Source: Actinomycetes bacterium (GTDB taxonomy: Bacteria > Actinomycetota > Actinomycetes > S36-B12). From it: 64,000 nucleotides of DNA. The stretch spans positions 111,661 to 175,660 of the forward strand of contig JBAXSI010000002.1 in the NCBI GenBank assembly GCA_037130755.1, read 5' to 3'. The first letter of the stretch is position 1, and every line of letters starts with the position of its first letter. Shown here one piece after another: positions 54,594 to 62,008 of the stretch. The translations under genes and the position numbers were made by a program. The notes below the pieces were generated by a model. The model worked only from the letters and a program-made list of their open reading frames with translations. It did no database searches and was not told the origin of the DNA.

Positions 54594-55573
54594 CCTCTCC
54601 CTACGAGCGGCCTCGCCGACTGCGCACCACGCCCGCGATGCGTCGCCTCGTGCGCGAGACGAGGTTGAGCGCCAGCCAGTTCGTCCTCCCTGCCTTCCTT
54701 CGCGAGGGGCTGACCGCGCCGGTGGAGATCGACGGGATGAAGGGCGTCATGCAGCATTCCCGCGACTCGCTCAAGCGCGCTTCCGCTGAGGCGGTTGCGT
54801 CCGGCGTCAGCGGAATCATGCTGTTCGGGGTGCCCGAGTCGCGCGACGCGTTGGGCACGGAGGCATGCAGCCTGGAAGGCGTGCTCTCGGTGGCCGTTGC
54901 GGACGTGCGCGCCGAAGTCGGCGACGACGCCGTCATCATCGCGGACCTGTGCCTTGACGAGTTCACCGATCACGGGCACTGCGGTGTCCTCGACGCGAAC
55001 GGGAACGTCGACAACGACGCGACGCTGATGACCTACCAACGCATGGCCGGCGTACTGGCCGAAGCCGGGGCGCACATGGTCGGCACCAGCGGGATGATGG
55101 ACGGGCAGGTGGCCGCGGTCCGCGAGGCACTTGACGACCTCGACCGCACCGACGTGTCGATCCTCGCCTACGCGGCCAAGTACGCGTCAGCCTTCTACGG
55201 TCCGTTCCGCAACGCCGTCGAGTCGAAGCTGTCGGGCGACCGCCGCACCTACCAGCAGGATCCGGCGAACCGCAAGGAATCGATGCGCGAGGTGCGTCTC
55301 GACGTCGCCGAGGGTGCGGACATCGTCATGGTCAAGCCCGGCCTGCCGTATCTCGACATCATCGCCGATGTGGCCGCGGAGGTCGACGTGCCGGTAGCGG
55401 CGTACGTCGTCTCAGGGGAGATGGCGATGATCGAGTACGCGGCCGCGGCGGGTGCCATCGACCGTCGTCGCTCGATCCTCGAGGCGCTCACGTCGGTCAA
55501 CCGTGCGGGCGCTGAAGTCATCTGCACGTACTGGGCAACCGAGGTCGCAGCCTGGCTGCGGGAGGAGAACTGA
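54590..55573 (+). CDS. hemB: Porphobilinogen synthase (ALA dehydratase)
   Basis: [32 protein letters not shown] metal site, VKPGLPYLD active-site Lys block. ATGA overlap with hemD. Confidence 0.9.
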   Translation: MTSPYERPRRLRTTPAMRRLVRETRLSASQFVLPAFLREGLTAPVEIDGMKGVMQHSRDSLKRASAEAVASGVSGIMLFGVPESRDALGTEACSLEGVLSVAVADVRAEVGDDAVIIADLCLDEFTDHGHCGVLDANGNVDNDATLMTYQRMAGVLAEAGAHMVGTSGMMDGQVAAVREALDDLDRTDVSILAYAAKYASAFYGPFRNAVESKLSGDRRTYQQDPANRKESMREVRLDVAEGADIVMVKPGLPYLDIIADVAAEVDVPVAAYVVSGEMAMIEYAAAAGAIDRRRSILEALTSVNRAGAEVICTYWATEVAAWLREEN

Positions 55574-55574
55574 C

Positions 55575-56876
55575 ATGACGTCGCGAGCTGGCTCGGCACA
55601 GTGGCACGAGCGGGCCTGTCGGGTCGTGCCCGGTGGCGTGAGCTCCCCGGTTCGCGCGTTTCGCGCAGTAGGTGGGCATCCGGTCTACTTCGCGTCCGGC
55701 GAGGGCGCCTGGGTCACCGATGTCGACGGCAACTCCTACGTGGACATGGTGGGCTCCTGGGGCCCGATGATCCTCGGGCACGCGCACCCTCAGGTCGTCG
55801 CGGCGGTCACCGACGTTGTTCGGCACTCGTCCTCCTTTGGCGCTCCGACGATGGCCGAGACGCTGCTGGCGGAGGAAATCGTCTCGCGGGTCTCGGCGGT
55901 GGAGCGCGTGCGCTTCGTCTCGTCGGGCACGGAGTCCGTCATGACGGCGATCCGCCTCGCGCGCGCCGCGACGGGCCGTGACCTCATCGTCAAGTTCGCC
56001 GGTTGCTACCACGGGCATGTGGATGCGCTCCTCGTACAGGCCGGCTCGGGCGTTGCCACGCTCGGGCTGCCCAACTCGCCGGGCGTCACCGAGGGCAATG
56101 TGGCAGACACGATCGTGCTGCCGTACAACGATCGCGCGGCCGTGGAGGCATTGTTCGCCGAGCGTGGCGACCGCATTGCGGCCGTGTTCACCGAGGCGAT
56201 TCCAGCGAACATGGGCGTCGTCCCGCCGGAAGGTGACTTCAACCACTTCCTGCGTCAGATCACCGAGCGCCACGGCACGGTGTTCGTCTTCGACGAGGTG
56301 ATGACGGGCTTCCGAGTCGGGAGCGCCGGCTGGTGGGGCGAGACCGGACGCGGTGAGGGATGGACGCCCGACCTGTTCACGTACGGGAAGGTGATCGGTG
56401 GCGGCTACCCGCTCGCCGCGGTGGCGGGGAAGGCGTCGATCCTCGACCAGTTGGCACCGCTTGGCCCGGTGTATCAGGCAGGGACCTTGAGCGGCAATCC
56501 CGTCGCCGCCACCGCTGGTCTGGTCACGCTCCAGCACTGCACCGATGATGTCTACGCGCATCTCAATGATCAGGCGGACGCCGTCGGCCGGATCGTGTCT
56601 GATGCCCTCACGCAGGCGGGTGTTCCGAACCGGCTTCAGTCGGCGGGTAGCCTGTTCAGCGTCTTCTTTCGCGAGGGCGAGGTGCAGAACTTCGCCGACG
56701 CTGCAGACCAGGACGAGGCTGCCTTCGGCCGCTTCTTCAACGCGATGCTCGACGAAGGAGTCTCGCTTCCGCCGTCGGCGTTCGAAGCGTGGTTCGTGTC
56801 GAACGCCCACGGTGACCGCGAACTCGAGCGGATCGAGCAGGCCGCAAGGATTGCCGCGCAGGCAGCGGCAGGCTGA
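55575..56876 (+). CDS. hemL: Glutamate-1-semialdehyde 2,1-aminomutase
   Basis: [29 protein letters not shown] (PLP Lys). Starts 2 nt after the hemB stop. Confidence 0.9.
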   Translation: MTSRAGSAQWHERACRVVPGGVSSPVRAFRAVGGHPVYFASGEGAWVTDVDGNSYVDMVGSWGPMILGHAHPQVVAAVTDVVRHSSSFGAPTMAETLLAEEIVSRVSAVERVRFVSSGTESVMTAIRLARAATGRDLIVKFAGCYHGHVDALLVQAGSGVATLGLPNSPGVTEGNVADTIVLPYNDRAAVEALFAERGDRIAAVFTEAIPANMGVVPPEGDFNHFLRQITERHGTVFVFDEVMTGFRVGSAGWWGETGRGEGWTPDLFTYGKVIGGGYPLAAVAGKASILDQLAPLGPVYQAGTLSGNPVAATAGLVTLQHCTDDVYAHLNDQADAVGRIVSDALTQAGVPNRLQSAGSLFSVFFREGEVQNFADAADQDEAAFGRFFNAMLDEGVSLPPSAFEAWFVSNAHGDRELERIEQAARIAAQAAAG

Positions 56877-56877
56877 C

Positions 56878-57675
56878 CTACTTCACGCCGAGTGAGTCCT
56901 TGGCCACCCGCTCGAACCATGAGTGGGGGAGCAGTCTCTTGGCGACCAGGCCGAACCGTTCGCCCGTCTTCCCGACGGAGATCCTTCGTCGTGGGTGCTG
57001 AGCCCGGAGTTGCGCAACGATCACGGCCGCGACGTCGGCGGGATCGGCGCCGTTGCGCTCGTCACGCTCCATGACGCCGACCGCATGCTCATTGGCCTGC
57101 GCGTATGGCCCAGGATCTGCAGCGGCCATTCGTCGACTCGCGGTGAAGTCCGTGGCGAAGTTGCCCGGCTGCACCAAGGTCAGGTGGATGTCGAACGGGG
57201 CGACCTCGTAGGCGAGTGCCTCGGCCCAACCTTCCAGCGCGAACTTGCTGGCGCTGTAGTACGCCTGGAAGGGGATGCCGATCTCGCCGCCGATGCTGCT
57301 CATCATCACGATGCGTCCACTGCCCGACGACCGCATGTGTGGAAGCACTGCCGTGACGACCCTGACGACTCCCCAGAAGTTGGTCTCGACCTGGGCACGG
57401 GCCTCGTCCATGGTGGTCGACTCCACCGGCCCCGCGAGTCCGTAGCCGGCGGCGCACACGACCGCGTCGATCCGGCCGTGCTCGTCGATCGTGGCCTGGA
57501 TGGCCGACGCCACGGAGTCGTCGTCGTCGACGTCGACCACGATGCCCGTCCATCCGCGGCCACCCGTGCCTCGCCGACTGCCCCCGACCACCGTCCAGCC
57601 CTGCTCGGCGAGGGCATTGCAGGTGACCTGGCCTAGTCCAGCGGACGCTCCGGTCACCAGGACGACACTTCCCAT
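56878..57675 (-). CDS. Short-chain dehydrogenase/reductase (SDR)
   Basis: VLVTGASAGLG cofactor motif and YSASKFALEG catalytic YxxxK. Confidence 0.85.
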   Translation of the reverse strand: MGSVVLVTGASAGLGQVTCNALAEQGWTVVGGSRRGTGGRGWTGIVVDVDDDDSVASAIQATIDEHGRIDAVVCAAGYGLAGPVESTTMDEARAQVETNFWGVVRVVTAVLPHMRSSGSGRIVMMSSIGGEIGIPFQAYYSASKFALEGWAEALAYEVAPFDIHLTLVQPGNFATDFTASRRMAAADPGPYAQANEHAVGVMERDERNGADPADVAAVIVAQLRAQHPRRRISVGKTGERFGLVAKRLLPHSWFERVAKDSLGVK

Positions 57676-57826
57676 TTCGCCAACATCTCCTCGTGAGTAA
57701 GCCTTGAAGCGGTCATTTCGGGCAAAGCCTTGATGGGCGGACGTTTTGTGCCCGCAAGTTCGTGCTGAGGCTGCTCATGAGAAGGTAGCGTCCGATTCAC
57801 TCGCACGGGTAGGAGCGGCTGGGTAC

Positions 57827-58705
57827 ATGTCGGATAAGGCAACGGAAGTCCTGCTTGGCGTCGTCCTGCCGGTGCTGCTGGTCGGCGTGATCTTGCTGGC
57901 CGACGCGATCGAAGGACCGAAGACCGCCTACGTCGGCGTGCTGGCTGTCGTGCCGATGCTGGCGGCAGTGTTCGCCCGCCCTTTGCTGACGTTCATCGTC
58001 GGCGCAATCGCTTGGACCGCTGCCTTCACGTTCGGGCACTTCGCGTCCGACGGGAACGTCACCGCGCAGACGGTGCGGCTCATCATCATCGGCCTGTCGA
58101 CCCTCGCGGCCGTCGGCGCCGCGACGCTGCGCATGCGCCGCGAGGCCAAGCTCGGCGCAGCCCTCGAGGAGGCCGGTCATGCCGAGACACTACGGATCCA
58201 GGCGGAAAGTGATTCGCTTACTGGTCTGCTCAACAGGCGAGGACTCCTTCGACTTCTCGAGAGCGGCGGCACCGCGACCACGCGGACGCTGACCCTCATG
58301 GACTGCGACAAGCTCAAGATCATCAACGACGAGTACGGGCACCTTGCTGGCGATGAGTTCCTCCGTGCGCTCGCTGGGCGTGTGCGATCGAACCTGGCCA
58401 GCCAGGACCACATCGGGCGCTGGGGAGGCGATGAGTTCCTGGTCGTGCAGGCTTTGTCCGTTGACCAGGCCGTCGGCACGATCCTGCGTCTTCGCGAGTC
58501 CATCAACGCCCCCGCGATCCAACTGCCCAGCGGGCCGATGCCGGCCAGCGTCTCCATCGGTGTCGCCGAGTGGGTCCCTGGTCAGGCGTTCGACGACGCG
58601 CTGGCGGCCGCTGACCGTGCGCTGTATCGGGCCAAGTCCGCTGGCGGCAATCGTGTTGAGGTGTCCGACGAAACCGTGGGCAAGGGACTCGCGGAGCGCT
58701 CGTGA
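57827..58705 (+). CDS. Membrane-anchored diguanylate cyclase, paralogue of 21712-22590
   Basis: About four TM helices (LAVVPMLAAVFARPLL resembles LATVPLFAAIFLGPLG of the other protein), DSLTGLLNRRG, GRWGGDEFLVVQ. Confidence 0.85.
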   Translation: MSDKATEVLLGVVLPVLLVGVILLADAIEGPKTAYVGVLAVVPMLAAVFARPLLTFIVGAIAWTAAFTFGHFASDGNVTAQTVRLIIIGLSTLAAVGAATLRMRREAKLGAALEEAGHAETLRIQAESDSLTGLLNRRGLLRLLESGGTATTRTLTLMDCDKLKIINDEYGHLAGDEFLRALAGRVRSNLASQDHIGRWGGDEFLVVQALSVDQAVGTILRLRESINAPAIQLPSGPMPASVSIGVAEWVPGQAFDDALAAADRALYRAKSAGGNRVEVSDETVGKGLAERS

Positions 58706-59541
58706 GTGTGCTGCGGGAGCCCCTTCGGCTCTCGACCGCTAGCGGAACGGGAGCGATCTTCGACCACGGTTCACACGTCGTTTCGTGGCGGCCGGCCGGG
58801 CAGTCCGAAGTCCTGTGGATGAGCGGGACCAGCACATTCGATTCGGGGACAGCGATCCGCGGCGGAATCCCCATCTGCTTCCCGTGGTTCGGATCGGGTC
58901 GCGACTCCACCCTGATCCCTGCGCACGGATTCGCCCGGCTGACGTCGTGGACCCTGGTGGACGTGGTGGAGCGAGACGGCGCAGTGACCGCCACGCACTC
59001 GTTGCTCGACACCCGGCTCACGCAGAACGCCTTTCCGCACCGATTCATGGCGGTGCACACCGCTCGCTTCGGTGAGCACCTTGACGTGCACCTGAGCGTG
59101 GAGAACCTGGGCGACTCGGAGTTCAGCTATGAAGCGGCCCTGCATACGTACCTTCGCGTCGGAGACAGCCGGCAGATCTCCGTCCACGGCCTTGACGGCG
59201 TTGACTACATCGACAAGGTCGACGGCGCGAGTCTGAAGACTCAGGAGGGCGACCTAACCGTCGCCGCGGAGACCGATCGCATCTACCGGACGGGTTCTGG
59301 TGTCGACGTCATCGACCCTGTCCTCGGCCGGACGGTCCATGTGCGCATGTCCCACTCGGCCGACACGGTCGTGTGGAATCCGTGGATCACTCGGGCGACT
59401 GCGCTGGCCGACTTCGACGACGACGGATGGCAGTCCATGGTCTGCATCGAAGGTGCCAACGTCCTGGAGAACGCGATCTCCTTAGCGCCCGGTGAGATCC
59501 ACTCCATGGGCTACCAGCTTTCCGTCGGTGCGCTGGCCTGA
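58702..59541 (+). CDS. D-hexose-6-phosphate mutarotase (aldose 1-epimerase family, YeaD-like)
   Basis: RGGIPICFPWFG motif, VWNPW. The GTG start overlaps the cyclase stop (GTGA). Confidence 0.75.
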   Translation: MSVLREPLRLSTASGTGAIFDHGSHVVSWRPAGQSEVLWMSGTSTFDSGTAIRGGIPICFPWFGSGRDSTLIPAHGFARLTSWTLVDVVERDGAVTATHSLLDTRLTQNAFPHRFMAVHTARFGEHLDVHLSVENLGDSEFSYEAALHTYLRVGDSRQISVHGLDGVDYIDKVDGASLKTQEGDLTVAAETDRIYRTGSGVDVIDPVLGRTVHVRMSHSADTVVWNPWITRATALADFDDDGWQSMVCIEGANVLENAISLAPGEIHSMGYQLSVGALA

Positions 59542-59544
59542 GAC

Positions 59545-60612
59545 TCAGTTCGCGGGGGCCTTCGCGGGCCTTGTCAGCGCGACGAAGAAGTCCTTCTGGA
59601 ACCGGTGCAGGTAGGCGGATGCATCACGCCAGATCGAGGGTTGGATGCGGTGGCCCACAGGCGGGCTGCTGCCCTTCGGTGCGTCGTACACGAAGCCTGT
59701 CGGCCACGACTTGTTCATGTCGAGGATGATCGCGGTCTCAGCGCCCGCGCCCGCCAGAGCCTGAGCCATCGCGGGTGCCGAGACCTCGCTGCCGTAGGCG
59801 AACACGAGGGAGCCGTCGGCGAGCTCGCCGAGCGCTGACCTGTTGGCGTGCGGAAGCCCGTGGTCGGCCTGGCCCCAGGTTCCCCGCGCGTCCCCGCTCT
59901 TGGCGCGTGCCTGAGAGTGCAGGACTAGGGGCTTCATGTTCTGGCGAACGAGGCGCGTTCCGGCCGGAACGTGGTTCCCGTTGCGCCAGTCCACCACGGT
60001 CAGCCGGCCCTGCCTGTCGATGACGATCGAGGAGAGACCGTTGCGCAGCGGTCGCACTGTCTTGTGGTCGTAGTAGTACCCGCCCGCACCGTCCTTGAGT
60101 TGGAAGGCGCCGTTGAAGGCCGCGACCATCCGGCTCGTCCACGTGGACGGCTTGTTGTCGATGCGGCGCACGGGTCCGGACTCGGGGAAGTTGTACCCGG
60201 GGATGTATCGAAACCGCAGGAGGGCGGGATTCATCCACATCATGCCGATCGAGCCGTGGCCGGTCTGGGCTACCCACACGGGGTGCTGCTTGCGGACCTT
60301 GCGCCCCATGGGCTTCCACGTGAGGCCGTTCACCTTCGGCGGTGCCAGGCTGGAGGGCGGCGGTGCTGATGGCACTGGCGCCGACCCTGACGGGAGCGCG
60401 GTGGCGACCGCCGATGGCGTCGCGGGAACGGCGGGTCCCGAACTCGCCGCATTCGGATCGGGCGACGACGCCTGTGCGGGCGTCGGGTCGCTGGCCGCCG
60501 TCGCGTCGGCAGCCGCGCCCACGGATGCAACTGTCGCATCGGTGGCGGACTGGCACGCCGTCAGCACGAGGGCGGCAGTCGCGAGAAACACCCCGCCACG
60601 TCTGAACCGCAT
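59545..60612 (-). CDS. Lipoprotein with phosphodiester glycosidase (DUF2233/NAGPA-like) domain
   Basis: The ATG at 60612 gives MRFRRGGVFLATAALVLTACQS (lipobox), a Pro/Ala/Ser linker, then NGAFQLKDGAGGYYYD, RSALGELADGSLVF, AIILDMN. The tracked ORF extension to 60738 overlaps the LacI gene end. Confidence 0.6.
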   Translation of the reverse strand: MRFRRGGVFLATAALVLTACQSATDATVASVGAAADATAASDPTPAQASSPDPNAASSGPAVPATPSAVATALPSGSAPVPSAPPPSSLAPPKVNGLTWKPMGRKVRKQHPVWVAQTGHGSIGMMWMNPALLRFRYIPGYNFPESGPVRRIDNKPSTWTSRMVAAFNGAFQLKDGAGGYYYDHKTVRPLRNGLSSIVIDRQGRLTVVDWRNGNHVPAGTRLVRQNMKPLVLHSQARAKSGDARGTWGQADHGLPHANRSALGELADGSLVFAYGSEVSAPAMAQALAGAGAETAIILDMNKSWPTGFVYDAPKGSSPPVGHRIQPSIWRDASAYLHRFQKDFFVALTRPAKAPAN

Positions 60613-60655
60613 AGGAGCATTGTCGCTCGCGATGCCTGTTGGCGTGCTGTGCGGG

Positions 60656-61678
60656 CTAGGCAGGACGAGGTGGTCCGGTACTCGAGCGGATAACGAGAAC
60701 CTCGGGTGCGAGCAGTCGCAGTCCACCTGGGTCAGCACCGCCGATACGGGCGAGCACGGTCTGGGCCACGGCGATCGCGAGGCGATCGGCCCGCTGCTCG
60801 ATGGTCGTCAACGAGATGTGCTCGAGGGCTGCCTCGTTCACGTCGTCGAAGCCCACCACCGAGACGTCCTCGGGAACCCGGACCCCACGCCGTGCGAGCA
60901 CGTCGAGGAGTCCGAATGCCGACTGGTCGTTGTAGCCGATGATCGCCGTCGGCAAGGGGCCGGACTTCAGCATGCGTTCCGCGGTTGCGGCGCCATCCGT
61001 TCGAGTCCCGCCTGAGGGGACGATCGTGATGAAGTCGGCGAGCCCGGCCTCGGTCATGGCCGTGACGTAGCCGGACCGGCGCGGTTCAGCGCTGACGAAG
61101 TCTCCGCCGTCGATGTAGTGAATCTGTGAGTGGCCCAGCGACTTGAGGTGATCGACGGTCAGGCGAAGGCCGGCGGTGTCGTCCACGCGCAGGGCGTCGA
61201 TCTCGGCAAGGTCGACATGGCGGTCAACGACGACCGTGGGCACTTCGCGATCCAGTCCCGTGAGCCGGGCAAGCTCGTCATCGGGAACTTCGGGGCCGAT
61301 GAGGATCAGTGCCGCGCAGCGCTGTGCGAGGAGAGCCTCGACGGCATTGGACAGCGATCGCGATTTCGTGGTCCATGACAGGGAGAGTTCGTAGCCGCCG
61401 AGCAGCGCATCCTCATGCAGCGCCTCGGTGACGGCGACGTGGAACGGATGGACCGCGGTGAGTGTGACGCCAATGAGCCGACTGTCGCGGCTGCGCAGCT
61501 TGCGGGCCCGCTCGTCGGGTCGGTAGCCGAGCTCGGCGGCGGCGGCCAGTACTCGCTCGCGAGTGGCGGGGCTGGCGCCAGGAACGCCGCGGAAGACCGT
61601 GGACACGAGTGACCGCGAAACACCGGCCCGCTCGGCCACGTCGAGCATCGTCGCGTGCCTCGTGCGGGGTTCGGCCAC
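60656..61678 (-). CDS. LacI-family transcriptional regulator
   Basis: N-terminal HTH ATMLDVAERAGVSRSLVSTVFRG and periplasmic-binding-protein-like core (AIIGYNDQSAFGLL, SVVGFDD). GTG at 61678 preferred over the tracked 61705. Confidence 0.85.
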   Translation of the reverse strand: MAEPRTRHATMLDVAERAGVSRSLVSTVFRGVPGASPATRERVLAAAAELGYRPDERARKLRSRDSRLIGVTLTAVHPFHVAVTEALHEDALLGGYELSLSWTTKSRSLSNAVEALLAQRCAALILIGPEVPDDELARLTGLDREVPTVVVDRHVDLAEIDALRVDDTAGLRLTVDHLKSLGHSQIHYIDGGDFVSAEPRRSGYVTAMTEAGLADFITIVPSGGTRTDGAATAERMLKSGPLPTAIIGYNDQSAFGLLDVLARRGVRVPEDVSVVGFDDVNEAALEHISLTTIEQRADRLAIAVAQTVLARIGGADPGGLRLLAPEVLVIRSSTGPPRPA

Positions 61679-61748
61679 TGCTCGACGATACCGACAATGC
61701 CCCACGAAAGGGTCATCGCGCCCTGAGTGCCGGTGTAGCGTCGGAGGA

Positions 61749-61803
61749 CCGACACTCCGCCTGCTATCCCCCGCTACTGGCTAGCAGGCAGGCGGAGTGT
61801 CGG
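61749..61803. promoter_or_regulatory. Perfect 16-bp inverted repeat (ccgacactccgcctgc ... gcaggcggagtgtcgg) with 23-nt spacer in the divergent LacI / GGDEF-EAL intergenic region
   Basis: Arms at 61749-61764 and 61788-61803 are exact reverse complements. Followed by three TATGGCA/TGCCATA half-sites at 61809-61815, 61830-61836 and 61844-61850. Confidence 0.5.
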
Positions 61804-62008
61804 CTACTTATGGCAAGCGGTGCGGTGCCTGCCATATGGATCGTGCCATAAGACGGAGTCGGTGCGTCGCGGATGGGTGAATCTGCCCGATTCCTGATCG
61901 CTGCCAGAGGTCCACGATCGGTCATAGAAGCCACCATCGACGTAAACTCGCCTACTGGAGACGCTTGTCACGGTTGTTGCTGTGACTCACGCCGCCATCG
62001 GGGGCGCA

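Noticed and set aside
55518-56810. 430-aa minus-strand ORF opposite hemL, and other antisense ORFs over 200 aa (for example 52921-53796, 54305-55075, 38116-38928, 39157-40188, 35813-37247, 25805-26560, 22003-22923, 20690-21625, 12436-13341)
   Set aside because: Each lies opposite a CDS with recognisable family motifs, and each has biased shadow-frame composition.
57699-57733. Direct repeat aagccttga x2 (26 bp apart) upstream of the 57827 cyclase
   Set aside because: It is only 9 nt, off helical phase, and could easily occur by chance. I noted it but did not call it as a site.
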